A stretch of DNA of 64,000 bases from an uncultured Actinomycetes bacterium. GTDB lineage: Bacteria > Actinomycetota > Thermoleophilia > Gaiellales > Gaiellaceae. The position numbers and the translations under genes are program-made. The notes below the pieces were generated by a model. The model was given only the letters and a program-made list of their open reading frames with translations, did no database searches and was not told the DNA's origin. Positions 29,016 to 38,221 of this stretch are shown here, one piece after another. The stretch covers positions 364,450-428,449 of the forward strand of contig CAVVAB010000012.1 of NCBI GenBank assembly GCA_963746155.1, in the 5' to 3' direction. Each line of letters opens with the position of its first letter. Position 1 is the first letter of the stretch.

Positions 29016-29930
29016 TCCGCTAGTCGCCGTCGCGCGTGCGGATGGCTGCGGAAGTAGACGTCGCGGCGGCGGCGGTCGCTGACGTGGGTGTAGAGCTCGG
29101 TCGTGCCGAGGTCGGCGTGGCCCAGCATCTCCTGGACGCTGCGCAGGTCGGCGCCGCCCTCCAGCAGGTGCGTCGCGAACGAGTGGCGGAGCAGGTGCGG
29201 GTGGACGCGCTCGGGCTCGAGGCCCGCGCGCTCGGCCAGCTTCCGGAGGATGAGGAAGGCCCCGGCCCGGGTGAGCGGCCCGCCCTGCGCGTTCAGGAAC
29301 AGCTCGGGGCGATGACGGCGGTCGAGATACGGGCGGCCGTGCGCGAGGTAGCGGCGCAGCGCGTCTGCCGCATGGCGGCCGACCGGCACGACCCGTTCCT
29401 TGTTGCCCTTGCCGATGCAGCGCACGAGCCGCCGCTCGAGGTCGACGTCGGTCCTGGTCGAGCCCCACGGCCTCGCTGACGCGTAGCCCGGCCCCGTAGA
29501 GGAGCTCGACGAGCGCCCGGTCGCGCAGCGAGCGGGGAGTCGTCCCGGGAGCTGCCTCGATCAGGCGCTGGGCCTCGGCGGGCGAGAGTGTCCGGGGCAG
29601 CTTGCGTCGGCGGCGAGGCAGCTCGAGCGCCGCTGCCGGGCTGTCCGTCCGCGCGCCCAGCAGGATCAGGTGGCGGAAGAACGAGCGCACGGCGGCAACA
29701 CGGCGAGCGATCGTCGCGGGGGAGAGGCCCGCGGCGCGCAGGTCCGCGAGCCAGCGCTCGAGGTCGTCCGTGGTCGCACGCGACGGCGGGCCCCCGAGCC
29801 AGTCGCCGAGCGCGCGGAGGTCTCGGCGGTACGCGTCGACGGTCTTCGGCGCCCGCTGGGCGGCGAGCAGCGCGAGGAACCCCTCGACCTCGGGATCGGA
29901 GGCAGGCGGATCGGGCCGCGGCGTCGCCAT
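29012..29930 (-). pseudogene. XerC/XerD-family tyrosine recombinase, frame break near 29450
   Basis: N-terminal SAM-like domain VEGFLALLAAQRAPKTVDAYRRDLRAL... C-terminal catalytic domain ..[52 protein letters not shown]. The junction gaCCgac looks like a duplicated c. Confidence 0.8.
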
Positions 29931-29985
29931 CGGACGTTCATCCTTCGCCCTGTGCGGCCCGACGCCTGCCTCCGAGGCAGGCGCA

Positions 29986-30450
29986 TTACCCGAGGTCCGG
30001 CGGGGGAATCACCTCGCCCTTCTCGATCCACGAGTGCAGCTGCTCCGAGAAGCTCTCGAGCGAGCCGTGGCTGTTGATGCCCTCGGCCATCTCGTCCGAG
30101 ATCGGCCCGAACGCGCTGAAGTTGTGGCGCAGCACCGTCTTGTCGCCGTCCTCCTCGAACTCGTACGTGTGGGCCAGCGTTATCCCGCCGCCGAGCATGC
30201 TGCTCGTCTGCGAGTAGCCGGCAGGCGGGTCCCACCATCCGATCGTGCCGTAGAGCTTGCCGGTGCCGTCGCCCCAGTCCTCGTAGATCTGCCCGCCGAC
30301 GCGGCGGTCGTTGATGACGCGCTGCAAGCGCTTGCCGCCGTAGCTGATCTGGAACCACTTGTCGGTTTCGAGGAAGGCCTCGAAGACCTCCTCGCGGGGA
30401 CGGGCGAAGCTGAGCTCGTTCGTGAACGCGATGTGCCGAATCTGGTGCAT
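29986..30450 (-). CDS. SRPBCC / AHSA1-like (START-fold) protein
   Basis: MHQIRHIAFTNELSFARPREEVFEAFLETDKWF.., 154 aa. The ATG overlaps the arsR-family gene's TGA (ATGA). Confidence 0.7.
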   Translation of the reverse strand: MHQIRHIAFTNELSFARPREEVFEAFLETDKWFQISYGGKRLQRVINDRRVGGQIYEDWGDGTGKLYGTIGWWDPPAGYSQTSSMLGGGITLAHTYEFEEDGDKTVLRHNFSAFGPISDEMAEGINSHGSLESFSEQLHSWIEKGEVIPPPDLG

Positions 30451-30785
30451 CACTCCTCCTTCTCCTTGGGTGTCGATGCCTCCAGGTGACGCTCGAAGGC
30501 CAGCAGCTGCGAGGCCGTGGCCTGCTGGAAGCTGTTCAGCCACCGCTCGAGCTCGCGCTGGATCGGAACCGCGTTGAGCTGGTTCCAGCGCTCGCGGCCT
30601 TCTCGGTGGACGAGCACCACTCCGGCCTTCTGCAGCACCGCGAGGTGCTGCATGACCGCGAAGCGCGAGAGCTTGGGCAGCACCTCGCAGAGCGCGGTCG
30701 TCGTCTTCGGGCCGTCGCGGAGCGCGTCGAGCAGGGCTCGCCTATGCGGCGAGCCGAGCGCTTTCCACACCTGGGCATCATCCAT
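30450..30785 (-). CDS. ArsR/SmtB family transcriptional regulator
   Basis: ..ALGSPHRRALLDALRDGPKTTTALCEVLPKLSRFAVMQHLAVLQKAGVV.. is a winged HTH, 111 aa. No room for an SD: the palindrome abuts the ATG. Confidence 0.85.
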   Translation of the reverse strand: MDDAQVWKALGSPHRRALLDALRDGPKTTTALCEVLPKLSRFAVMQHLAVLQKAGVVLVHREGRERWNQLNAVPIQRELERWLNSFQQATASQLLAFERHLEASTPKEKEE

Positions 30786-30808
30786 TACGTGATAAAAATA
30801 TCACATAA
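30785..30808. promoter_or_regulatory. AT-rich imperfect palindrome abutting the arsR-family start codon (candidate operator and/or leaderless promoter)
   Basis: TTACGTGATA-aaaa-TATCACATAA. The arms match 9 of 10 positions; the perfect core is GTGATA-aaaa-TATCAC. It stands out in a genome of about 70% GC. Confidence 0.4.
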
Positions 30809-30842
30809 GTCAAGAAGGCGGATGAGTCAAGAACGCGGATGA
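30809..30842. repeat. 17-bp tandem direct repeat (16/17 identical). One copy is the last 5 codons plus stop of the Xer-family gene.
   Basis: GTCAAGAAGGCGGATGA (30809-30825) and GTCAAGAACGCGGATGA (30826-30842). Confidence 0.8.
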
Positions 30843-31657
30843 GCCTTGTCGTAGACCTTTCGTAGTCGGCGTGCGTCGACGTGGCTGTACATCTGCGTCG
30901 TCGACAGCGAGCTGTGGCCGAGGAGCTCCTGGATCGTGCGCAGGTCGGCGCCGCCCTCGAGCAGGTGCGTCGCGAAGGCGTGTCGCAGGCGATGCGGGTG
31001 AGGGAGCAGGCGGCGGAGCGTGCTCGTGTCGAGCCTGCGGCCGCGCGCGGAGAGGAAGAAGGCGTTCTCGGCGCCGCGGGCGAGCTGTGGCCGAGCGCCC
31101 CGGAGGTAGAGCCCAAGCCGATGGGAGGCCTCCTCGCCCAGCGGCACGACTCGCTCCTTGTCGCCCTTGCCGTGGACGTGCACGAGCTCCTGCTCGAAGT
31201 CGACGTCGGCGAGGTCGAGGTCGACGGCCTCCTGAGAGCGCAGGCCTGCCGAGTAGACGAGCTCGACGAGCGCGCGGTTGCGGATCGCGAGCGGAGTCGT
31301 GCCCTCGAGCGCGTCGAGCTCGCCGTCGACTTCGTGCGGGCGGGGCGCGTTCGGGAGCCGCCGCGGACGCTTGGGCGCGAAGGAGGCGTCCGGAACCCGC
31401 TCGGCGCCGAGCGCGTGCCGCAGGAAGGCGCGCACAGCGGCGAGCTTGCGCCCGATCGTGGCCGGCGCGAGCTTGCGCGGCCGCGCGCGCCCGAGCTCGG
31501 TCGCGTAGTCGGCGAGCACGCGTACGTCGACGTCGTCGAGCCTCGTGCCACGCCGGTCGAGCCAGCGCGCGAACTCCTCGACGTCCACGCGGTAGGCGCG
31601 GCGCGTCGCGTTCGACAGCGCGGGGCTGTCGAGAAACCGTTCGACCTCCTGCTTCAC
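30827..31657 (-). CDS. XerC/XerD-family tyrosine recombinase
   Basis: (V)[85 protein letters not shown] start at 31655-31657 is inferred (276 aa). Confidence 0.85.
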   Translation of the reverse strand: MKQEVERFLDSPALSNATRRAYRVDVEEFARWLDRRGTRLDDVDVRVLADYATELGRARPRKLAPATIGRKLAAVRAFLRHALGAERVPDASFAPKRPRRLPNAPRPHEVDGELDALEGTTPLAIRNRALVELVYSAGLRSQEAVDLDLADVDFEQELVHVHGKGDKERVVPLGEEASHRLGLYLRGARPQLARGAENAFFLSARGRRLDTSTLRRLLPHPHRLRHAFATHLLEGGADLRTIQELLGHSSLSTTQMYSHVDARRLRKVYDKAHPRS

Positions 31658-31794
31658 GGACGACGCCTTCGCCGCCCAAGCACGGTCTCTTCTAAAGGCG
31701 TCGTTTGCGATGCCGTCTTCAGGACGGCCGGCTTCGCCGGGCCGTCCGTCTGAAATGACCGGTCGATCCGGTCGAGCGACTGCTCGCAAACGAC

Positions 31795-33327
31795 CTAGGA
31801 AACCGCCGCGACGATCTCTTCGCTCAGGCTCGGGAAGCCGCGGAGGAACTCCGCGCGCTCGGCCTTGAAGCGCTCGACCAGCGCGCGGTACTCGTCGCCG
31901 CGGCCCTGCTCCTCGTAGAGCTTTCGCGGCTGCAGGATCCCCTCGTCGTCGATCCCCGGGATCGAGGTCGCGACGAGGTAGCCGAAGTCGGGGTCGCGTT
32001 CCCACTCGATCGTGTTCTCGGCGATCCCCTTCACGGCTGCCGAGGAATGCTTGATCCGCACCTTGCGCGAGCGCTCGTCGTCCTCGGGGCCGCCCACGCG
32101 GCCGGTGTTCATCACGTAGACCTCGAGCGGGTGCTCGGCGAGCAGTTCCAGGAAGCGGTTGCCCTGGAGGTCGTGCGGCATCGGGAAGAAGGGGTTCGTG
32201 CCGGGCACGCGCAGGAACTTGCCGGCCTCGTCCGCGCCGCCGGCGCTCGTGCCTGTCGTCTCGCCGAGCATGAAGAAGGCCGCTGCCTGCGGCCCCTCGA
32301 GCTTCGCGACGACGGGGACGATGTTCTCGTTCTTGTTCAGGACGAGCAGGAAGTGCGCCTCCTCGATCTCGTCGGCCGAGGCGGCCTCGATCACCCCGAA
32401 CGGGAAGGTGGCGCGGCCGTTCGACGTGTAGTTCGTGTCGTAGAAGTCCGGCTCGTCTCCGTGCTGTGAGACATTCTCGAGGTAGGCGTCGGGCTGCGTG
32501 ACCGCGCCGTAGATCGTCGGCTCGTCCTCGGGGTTCAGCCCGAACGTCTTCGCGAAGCAGCCGTTCTCGGTTGCGTAGACGCGGCCGTTCGGCATCCAAG
32601 CGACGAAGTCGTCCTGGACCGGCAGCGAGCCGTTCTGGCGCGTGAACGTGGTCGTCGTCTTCCCCGTGCCCGAGAGGCCGACGATCAGGCCGACGCGCTG
32701 GCCGCGCTCGGTCGGGATGATCTTGCAGCCCGCGTGCAGCGGGATCCCGCCCCGCTCGTAGACGAGCTTGTTCCACATCCGCAGGCCGCCCTTCTTCGAC
32801 TCCCCGAAGTAATCCGAGTTGAGGACGCGTGTGACGCCCTGCTCGAGGTCGACTGCGATCAGGCGGTCGTCGGGATATCCGTCGGCCTTCAGGTTCGGCG
32901 TGTAGATGACGGTCAGCTCGGGCTCGAGCTCCTCCCCCGCGGGCGAGAAGTAGAGCTGCTGCTGCATGCCCGCGATGTTGGCGTTGGCGGCCTCGATGTA
33001 GAGGCGCGCGGGCGTGCGGAACTCCGGGTTGTTCCCGATGTAGCCGTCCACGACGACCATCTCCTGGCCGGCGATGTACTCGTCCTGGATCGCGGCCCAG
33101 CGCTCGCCCTCCTCGCGGGAGATCGCCTGGTTCTGGCCGTCGGGGTCATCGGTGACGATGAACGTCGAGCCCTTGGAGCGGTTCACGACCTCGGTCTGGA
33201 CGTTGAGGTTCCCGTACCGCGTCGGCTGCGCGTTGGGCATGCGCGCCGCGAGCTCATGGAGCTCGTGGGGGGAAGGGTTGTCGATGACGGCGGCCGCCTC
33301 CGGCAGCCGGAACAGCATCCTGGCCAT
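31795..33327 (-). CDS. pckA: phosphoenolpyruvate carboxykinase (ATP)
   Basis: ..GLSGTGKTT (kinase-1a), ..NGCFAK.., ..NTGRVGG... 510 aa, uninterrupted. Confidence 0.9.
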   Translation of the reverse strand: MARMLFRLPEAAAVIDNPSPHELHELAARMPNAQPTRYGNLNVQTEVVNRSKGSTFIVTDDPDGQNQAISREEGERWAAIQDEYIAGQEMVVVDGYIGNNPEFRTPARLYIEAANANIAGMQQQLYFSPAGEELEPELTVIYTPNLKADGYPDDRLIAVDLEQGVTRVLNSDYFGESKKGGLRMWNKLVYERGGIPLHAGCKIIPTERGQRVGLIVGLSGTGKTTTTFTRQNGSLPVQDDFVAWMPNGRVYATENGCFAKTFGLNPEDEPTIYGAVTQPDAYLENVSQHGDEPDFYDTNYTSNGRATFPFGVIEAASADEIEEAHFLLVLNKNENIVPVVAKLEGPQAAAFFMLGETTGTSAGGADEAGKFLRVPGTNPFFPMPHDLQGNRFLELLAEHPLEVYVMNTGRVGGPEDDERSRKVRIKHSSAAVKGIAENTIEWERDPDFGYLVATSIPGIDDEGILQPRKLYEEQGRGDEYRALVERFKAERAEFLRGFPSLSEEIVAAVS

Positions 33328-33384
33328 CTAACGGAGCATACCCAGGTGCGCGCGAAACCAGGGCCCTCTGCACAATTGAACTCG

Positions 33385-33874
33385 GTGAAGATCGCGCGGC
33401 GTGACCGGCTCTGGCTCGTGGTGCTGCTCGGCGCAGTTGCGGTGGCGCTGTTCCCGTGGACCGCGTACCTCAGCACGACGCTCCCCGAGCGGCATCTGGC
33501 GAGCCACTGGGATGTGGCGTGGATCGGGTTCGACCTCTTCCTCGCGGTGACGCTGGGCGCGACGGTGCTCGCGCTCGCGCCGATCGCGGTTCCTGCCCCT
33601 GGTCGCCACCATCGCCGGGACCGCGCTCCTCTGCGACGCGTGGTTCGACGCGATCACCGCGCATCCGGGCAGCGAGCGCGCTTGGGCCCTCTCGGAGGCG
33701 CTCGTCGTCGAGCTTCCACTGGCGGCGCTCTGCTTCTGGTTGTCGCTGCCTAGCGGCCCGGCTTCGGAAGCTGTCCCTCGGCCCACAGCGCAGCAAGCCC
33801 GACGCGCGGGAGTGTCGTCAGGCGCTCCAGCATCAGGTAGCGAGGCTCCCAGCGCGGGAAGAACTTCGCGTTGA
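33385..33874 (+). pseudogene. small polytopic membrane protein (hypothetical), frame break near 33585. The 3' end is uncertain.
   Basis: (V)KIARRDRLWLVVLLGAVAVALFPWTAYL..WDVAWIGFDLFLAVTLGATVLAL, then FLPLVATIAGTALLCDAWFDAITAHPGSERAWALSEALVVELPLAALCFWLSL.. in the +1 frame. As sequenced, the tail overlaps the 3' end of mprF. Confidence 0.35.
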
Positions 33875-35696
33875 AGCGGTAGAGCCGCTCGATCTGGAAG
33901 ACCGCATCCGCGGCGAGGAGCACGCGTCCAAGAAGGCGCTCGGCCCGGTCGCGAGGCTCGTGGATGAAGCGCGCGAAGGCGGCGAAGTTGAGCGAGACCT
34001 CCTCGACTCCACGATCACGGAGCAACTCGATGCCCCGGGCCACGAGAAACTCCGTCAGCCCGTTGGGCGTGTCGGCGTCGCGCCGCATGAGCGACAGCGA
34101 CGCAGCCGCCCGGCCGTAGCTCGGCGCGAAGTGGAGGAACCCGCGAATCCGCTCGTCGGCGTCGAGGCCCAGCACGACGAGGCTGTCGCCGTGATCCTCT
34201 CGACGCAGCCCGTCGAGCGACATCGCGAAGCCGCGCTCCGGTTTGCCCTGTCGCCAGCCGTGGCTGACCGCCGCGAGCTCGGCAAGCTCGTCGTCGCAGA
34301 GCTCGGACAGCCTCCGCAGGCACGCCGTGTATCCCTGCCTCTCGAGCCGCGAGACCGACTGCCTGACCTTGCGGATGGGGCGGCCGTCGAGCGAGAAGCG
34401 CGCGGTGTCGACCACCGCCTCGTCGCCGAGGTAGATGGAGCGCAGGCCGAGGTCCTGCCAGAGCGGGAGGAGCTGCCTGCCGGCTCCGAGTGCGGCGACG
34501 GGCAGGCCGCGCTGGGATGCGAACGCGTGCAGCCGCCGCAGGAGATCGGGCAGCGCATCGGCAGGGCCGACCGGGTCGCCCGAGACCAGCAGCACTCCCG
34601 CTTCGACGCGGTAGCCGAGGAACGCCCGTCCGTCCGATCCGAAGAGGTAGTGCTGGTCTTGGCGGAGCTTGAAATAGGCCAGCGTGTCCGAGCCGTGACT
34701 GCGCACCAGCGCACCTGCGGCCAGGCGGCTGTTCGCGTCGGGGAACAGGCGTGGAGCGGCGAGGGGCCGAAAGAGGAGATACGCGCACCAGGCAAGCGCT
34801 ATCAGGCCGGTAACGCCGATGGCCTCGTCGAGATGCGCCAGCTCGTCCCGGAACCGCAAGGGCCCCTGCTGCCACAGGAAGGCGTCGCCGGTCTCGCGGG
34901 CAACCGTGATCAGCCCGGCGTTGCCGTGCGTCGCGAGCCACACGCCGATGCCGCAGAGGACGGCAACCGTTCCGGCGAGCAGGGGGACGCGGCGGAGCGC
35001 CACGCGCATGGTGTCGGGATCGTGGCGGACGTAGAACGAGCCGCGTCCGAGCCAGAGGACGGTTGCGGCGGCGGCGCTTCCGGAGGCAGCTTCTAGGTCG
35101 AGCCCTTTGAGCAGGTCGAGCGCGGTCAGGCCCATCAGGAGCACGAGCGCGAGCCGGAGCGCCGACTGGCGGCGCCGCCAGAGGTACGGAGCTGTCACGA
35201 GGAGCAGGAGCGAGGTCGGGACGGCTGCGGCGTGGGAGATCTTCAATCCTTCGAGCGGCTCCACGCCGAGGAGCAGATGGTTCCGCCACGCGATGTTCGG
35301 CCTGACCGCCGCGGCGAGGTTGACGAAGCCCGCGAGCACCGCGGTCAGCGCAACGAGCTTCGGCAGCGGGTCGGCCCGCTGGACAGCGCGCAGCGGGAGC
35401 GGCTCCATGTGCAGGCCGAGACGCCACGCCGCGGAGTCGCGCTTGGAAGGCACGAGGTCGCGCCAGTCCTTCACGATCAGGAGAACCCCTGCAGACGCCA
35501 AGGCCAACGTGCCGAATCCGCTCCCCGCGTGGTCGAGCAAGGCGGCCGAGCCGAGCGCCAGGAGGATGGCGAGGCCGAGGTGCCATTCGTGCACCCGGGT
35601 GCCGAGCACGTACACGCGTGGCCCCAACCGATGACGCTCGATCCGCAGCACGACCCTCGCCTTCACGATAGCGCCGACCGGGGACCGCGCCCACAC
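33750..35696 (-). CDS. mprF: lysyl-phosphatidylglycerol synthase/flippase MprF-like protein
   Basis: N-terminal polytopic membrane domain. C-terminal DUF2156-type synthase domain (..LSLMRRDADTPNGLTEFLV..ERLYRFNAKFFPRWEPRYL). Confidence 0.8.
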   Translation of the reverse strand: MWARSPVGAIVKARVVLRIERHRLGPRVYVLGTRVHEWHLGLAILLALGSAALLDHAGSGFGTLALASAGVLLIVKDWRDLVPSKRDSAAWRLGLHMEPLPLRAVQRADPLPKLVALTAVLAGFVNLAAAVRPNIAWRNHLLLGVEPLEGLKISHAAAVPTSLLLLVTAPYLWRRRQSALRLALVLLMGLTALDLLKGLDLEAASGSAAAATVLWLGRGSFYVRHDPDTMRVALRRVPLLAGTVAVLCGIGVWLATHGNAGLITVARETGDAFLWQQGPLRFRDELAHLDEAIGVTGLIALAWCAYLLFRPLAAPRLFPDANSRLAAGALVRSHGSDTLAYFKLRQDQHYLFGSDGRAFLGYRVEAGVLLVSGDPVGPADALPDLLRRLHAFASQRGLPVAALGAGRQLLPLWQDLGLRSIYLGDEAVVDTARFSLDGRPIRKVRQSVSRLERQGYTACLRRLSELCDDELAELAAVSHGWRQGKPERGFAMSLDGLRREDHGDSLVVLGLDADERIRGFLHFAPSYGRAAASLSLMRRDADTPNGLTEFLVARGIELLRDRGVEEVSLNFAAFARFIHEPRDRAERLLGRVLLAADAVFQIERLYRFNAKFFPRWEPRYLMLERLTTLPRVGLAALWAEGQLPKPGR

Positions 35697-35746
35697 ATCA
35701 ATCGAACAGGTGTAGGCCGGCCTCGATCCGATAGCGTCCGTAGGCA

Positions 35747-37429
35747 GTGGAAGCGATGCACGATGTGCTCGTGGTCGGGGCCGGCTGCGCGGGAATGCGC
35801 GCGGCGATCGAAGCGCACGACGCGGGCGCCGACGTCGCTCTGATCTCCAAGATCCACCCCGTTCGCAGCCACTCCGGCGCGGCCGAGGGCGGGATCAACG
35901 CAGCACTTGGCAACGCCTCCGAGGACGACCCCGAGAAGCACTCCTTCGACACGGTGAAGGGCTCCGACTATCTTGGCGATCAGGACGCGATCGAGATCCT
36001 CTGCACCGAGGCGCCCGACGACGTCTACCAGCTGGAGAACTGGGGAGCCGTGTTCTCGCGCACGGAGGACGGCCGGATCGCGCAGCGCCCGTTCGGAGCG
36101 GCAGGCGAGCCTCGCACCGCCTACGCGGCCGACATCACCGGCCACGTGCTGGTGCACGTCCTCTACGAGCAGGTGATGAAGCGCGACCTCAAGGTCTACG
36201 AGGAGTACTTCGTCTGGAAGCTGGTCGAGCACGAGGACCGCTGCCAGGGCGTGATCGCCTGGAACCTGCTCGACGGCGGCCTCGCCTCGATCGGCGCGAA
36301 GACGGTCATCCTGGCGACGGGCGGCGCCGGCCGGCTCTACACGGGCACGACGAACGCCTACGCGTGCACGGGCGACGGGATGGCCCAGGCGCTGCGCGTC
36401 GGCGTGGCGCTCGAGGACATGGAGATGATGCAGTTCCATCCGACCACGCTCGCGCCGACGGGAGTGCTGATCACCGAAGGCTGCCGCGGCGAGGGCGCGT
36501 ATCTGCTCAACTCGGAGGGCAAGCGCTTCCTCGAGCGCTACGCGCCGAACGCGATGGAGCTTGCGTCGCGCGACGTCATCTCCCGCGCCGAGCAGACGGA
36601 GATCGACGAGGGCCGAGGCGTCGACGGCAACGTCCTGCTCGACCTGCGACACCTCGGCGCGGAGAAGATCCTGGAGCGTCTGCACGGAACGCGTGAGCTG
36701 TCGATGGTCTTCGCCGGCGTCGACCCGATCTACGACCCGATCCCGGTCAGGCCGGGAGCCCACTACCACATGGGCGGCGTCGACACGGACGTCTGGGGAC
36801 AGACGGCGCTCGAGGGCCTCTACGCGGCGGGCGAGTGCGCCTGCGTCTCCGTTCACGGCGCGAACCGCCTCGGGGGCAACGCGCTGATGGAGACGATCAC
36901 GTTCGGCAAGCGCGCGGGCGCCCATGCGGCCGACTACGCGCTCTCGCACACGACGGTCGAGGTGCCGGCTGCGCTGGAGACCGACACCGAGCGCGAGCTG
37001 CGGGAGCTGCTCGACCGAAGCGACGGCGAGCGGCCCTGGTCGATCCGGAACGAGCTCGCCGAGACGATGCACGTGAACTTCGGGGTCTTCCGGCGCGATG
37101 ACCAGATGCGCAAGCAGGGCGAGATCGTCGACTCGCTGCGCGAGCGTTTCGAGCGGGTCGTCGTCGAGGACAAGGGCGAGGTGTTCAACAACGACCTCAC
37201 GCAGGCGCTCGAGCTCGGCTTTCTGCTCGAGCTCGCGTCGTGCATGGTCGTCGCCGGGATCGAGCGCAAGGAGAGCCGCGGCGCCCACGCGCGGCCGCAC
37301 GACTACCCGGACCGCGACGACGAGAACTACCTGCGCCACACGATCGTCACCTGGCAGGACGGCGCTCCCAGGCTGAACTGGAAGCCGGTCACGATGACGA
37401 AGTGGAAGCCGATGGAGCGGACTTACTGA
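35747..37429 (+). CDS. sdhA: succinate dehydrogenase / fumarate reductase flavoprotein subunit
   Basis: DVLVVGAGCAGMRAA..SHSGAAEGGI (FAD-His context)..HPT..RGEG..HYHMGG..SVHGANRLGGN. Confidence 0.95.
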   Translation: MEAMHDVLVVGAGCAGMRAAIEAHDAGADVALISKIHPVRSHSGAAEGGINAALGNASEDDPEKHSFDTVKGSDYLGDQDAIEILCTEAPDDVYQLENWGAVFSRTEDGRIAQRPFGAAGEPRTAYAADITGHVLVHVLYEQVMKRDLKVYEEYFVWKLVEHEDRCQGVIAWNLLDGGLASIGAKTVILATGGAGRLYTGTTNAYACTGDGMAQALRVGVALEDMEMMQFHPTTLAPTGVLITEGCRGEGAYLLNSEGKRFLERYAPNAMELASRDVISRAEQTEIDEGRGVDGNVLLDLRHLGAEKILERLHGTRELSMVFAGVDPIYDPIPVRPGAHYHMGGVDTDVWGQTALEGLYAAGECACVSVHGANRLGGNALMETITFGKRAGAHAADYALSHTTVEVPAALETDTERELRELLDRSDGERPWSIRNELAETMHVNFGVFRRDDQMRKQGEIVDSLRERFERVVVEDKGEVFNNDLTQALELGFLLELASCMVVAGIERKESRGAHARPHDYPDRDDENYLRHTIVTWQDGAPRLNWKPVTMTKWKPMERTY

Positions 37430-38220
37430 TGGCCCGCGTTGCCGTCGGCTCGCTCGCGCTCGTGTTCGTGCTTGCCGGCTGCGGCGGCGGCGGGGGAGGC
37501 GAGTCGCTCTCGGCGAAGCAGATCGCGTCGGCCGCGCAGAAGACGTCGAGCAAGGGGAGCCTCGAGGCCGATTTCACGATCTCGGGCTCCGGTGTCGCGA
37601 GCAGCGGGAGTGGGGTCTTCAACACCGGCGACGGGACCTCGGGCCAGCTGAAGATGATCGTCCACTCCGCCAACGGCCAGTTCACCGTCGACACGGTCAG
37701 CACCGGGAACGTGCTCTACATGCGCTCGCCCGCGCTTCAGCAGTTCGGGCTGTCTCGGGAGAAGCAGTGGCTGAAGCTCGACCTCGCACGGCTCGCGAGC
37801 CAGCGCGGCGTCGACCTCGGCGGGCTGCTCAACGCCAACCCGAACCCCACGAGCGCGCTCGGGCACCTGCTCGGCTCGGGCGGCGAGGCCAAGAAGCTCG
37901 GCACGGCACGCGTACGCGGCGTCGACACGACGCACTACCGGGTCACCGTCAACCTCGATCAGGCGGCCTCCGCCTCGAGCGGGAGTGTCCGGAAGTCGCT
38001 CGAGAGCGCGCTCAAGGCGAGCGGGCGGAAGACGGAGCCGTTCGACGTCTGGGTCGACCACAACGGGCTCGTTCGCAAAGTCAGCTACACGCAAGGAGCA
38101 AATGGAACGCCGGGGCCCGTGATTACGATGGAGTTCCACGACTTCGGTCCGCACGTGGCGATCACGCCGCCGCCGAAGGACTCGGTCGTGGACATGCAGC
38201 AGGTTCTCCAAGGGGGCTGA
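37429..38220 (+). CDS. lipoprotein (LolA/LppX-like fold suspected) encoded between sdhA and sdhB
   Basis: Lipobox: MARVAVGSLALVFVLAGCGGGGGG. The ATG overlaps the sdhA TGA (ATGA). The stop is 1 nt before the sdhB TTG. Confidence 0.7.
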   Translation: MARVAVGSLALVFVLAGCGGGGGGESLSAKQIASAAQKTSSKGSLEADFTISGSGVASSGSGVFNTGDGTSGQLKMIVHSANGQFTVDTVSTGNVLYMRSPALQQFGLSREKQWLKLDLARLASQRGVDLGGLLNANPNPTSALGHLLGSGGEAKKLGTARVRGVDTTHYRVTVNLDQAASASSGSVRKSLESALKASGRKTEPFDVWVDHNGLVRKVSYTQGANGTPGPVITMEFHDFGPHVAITPPPKDSVVDMQQVLQGG

Positions 38221-38221
38221 T

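Noticed and set aside
29004-29020. The tandem 8-mer TCCGCTAG TCCGCTAG at the convergent stops of the HEAT-like and xer genes, as a recombination site
   Set aside because: It is too short to be distinguished from chance. It simply provides the overlapping stop codons (CTAG) of the two convergent genes.
30785-30808. The AT-rich palindrome as a dif site for the flanking Xer recombinases
   Set aside because: A partial match exists on the reverse strand, TTATGTGATAT versus the XerD-arm consensus TTATGTTAAAT. However, the adjoining 17 nt do not resemble a central region plus XerC arm. The 4-nt spacer geometry fits a regulator operator better. This is left as a possibility to test, not claimed.
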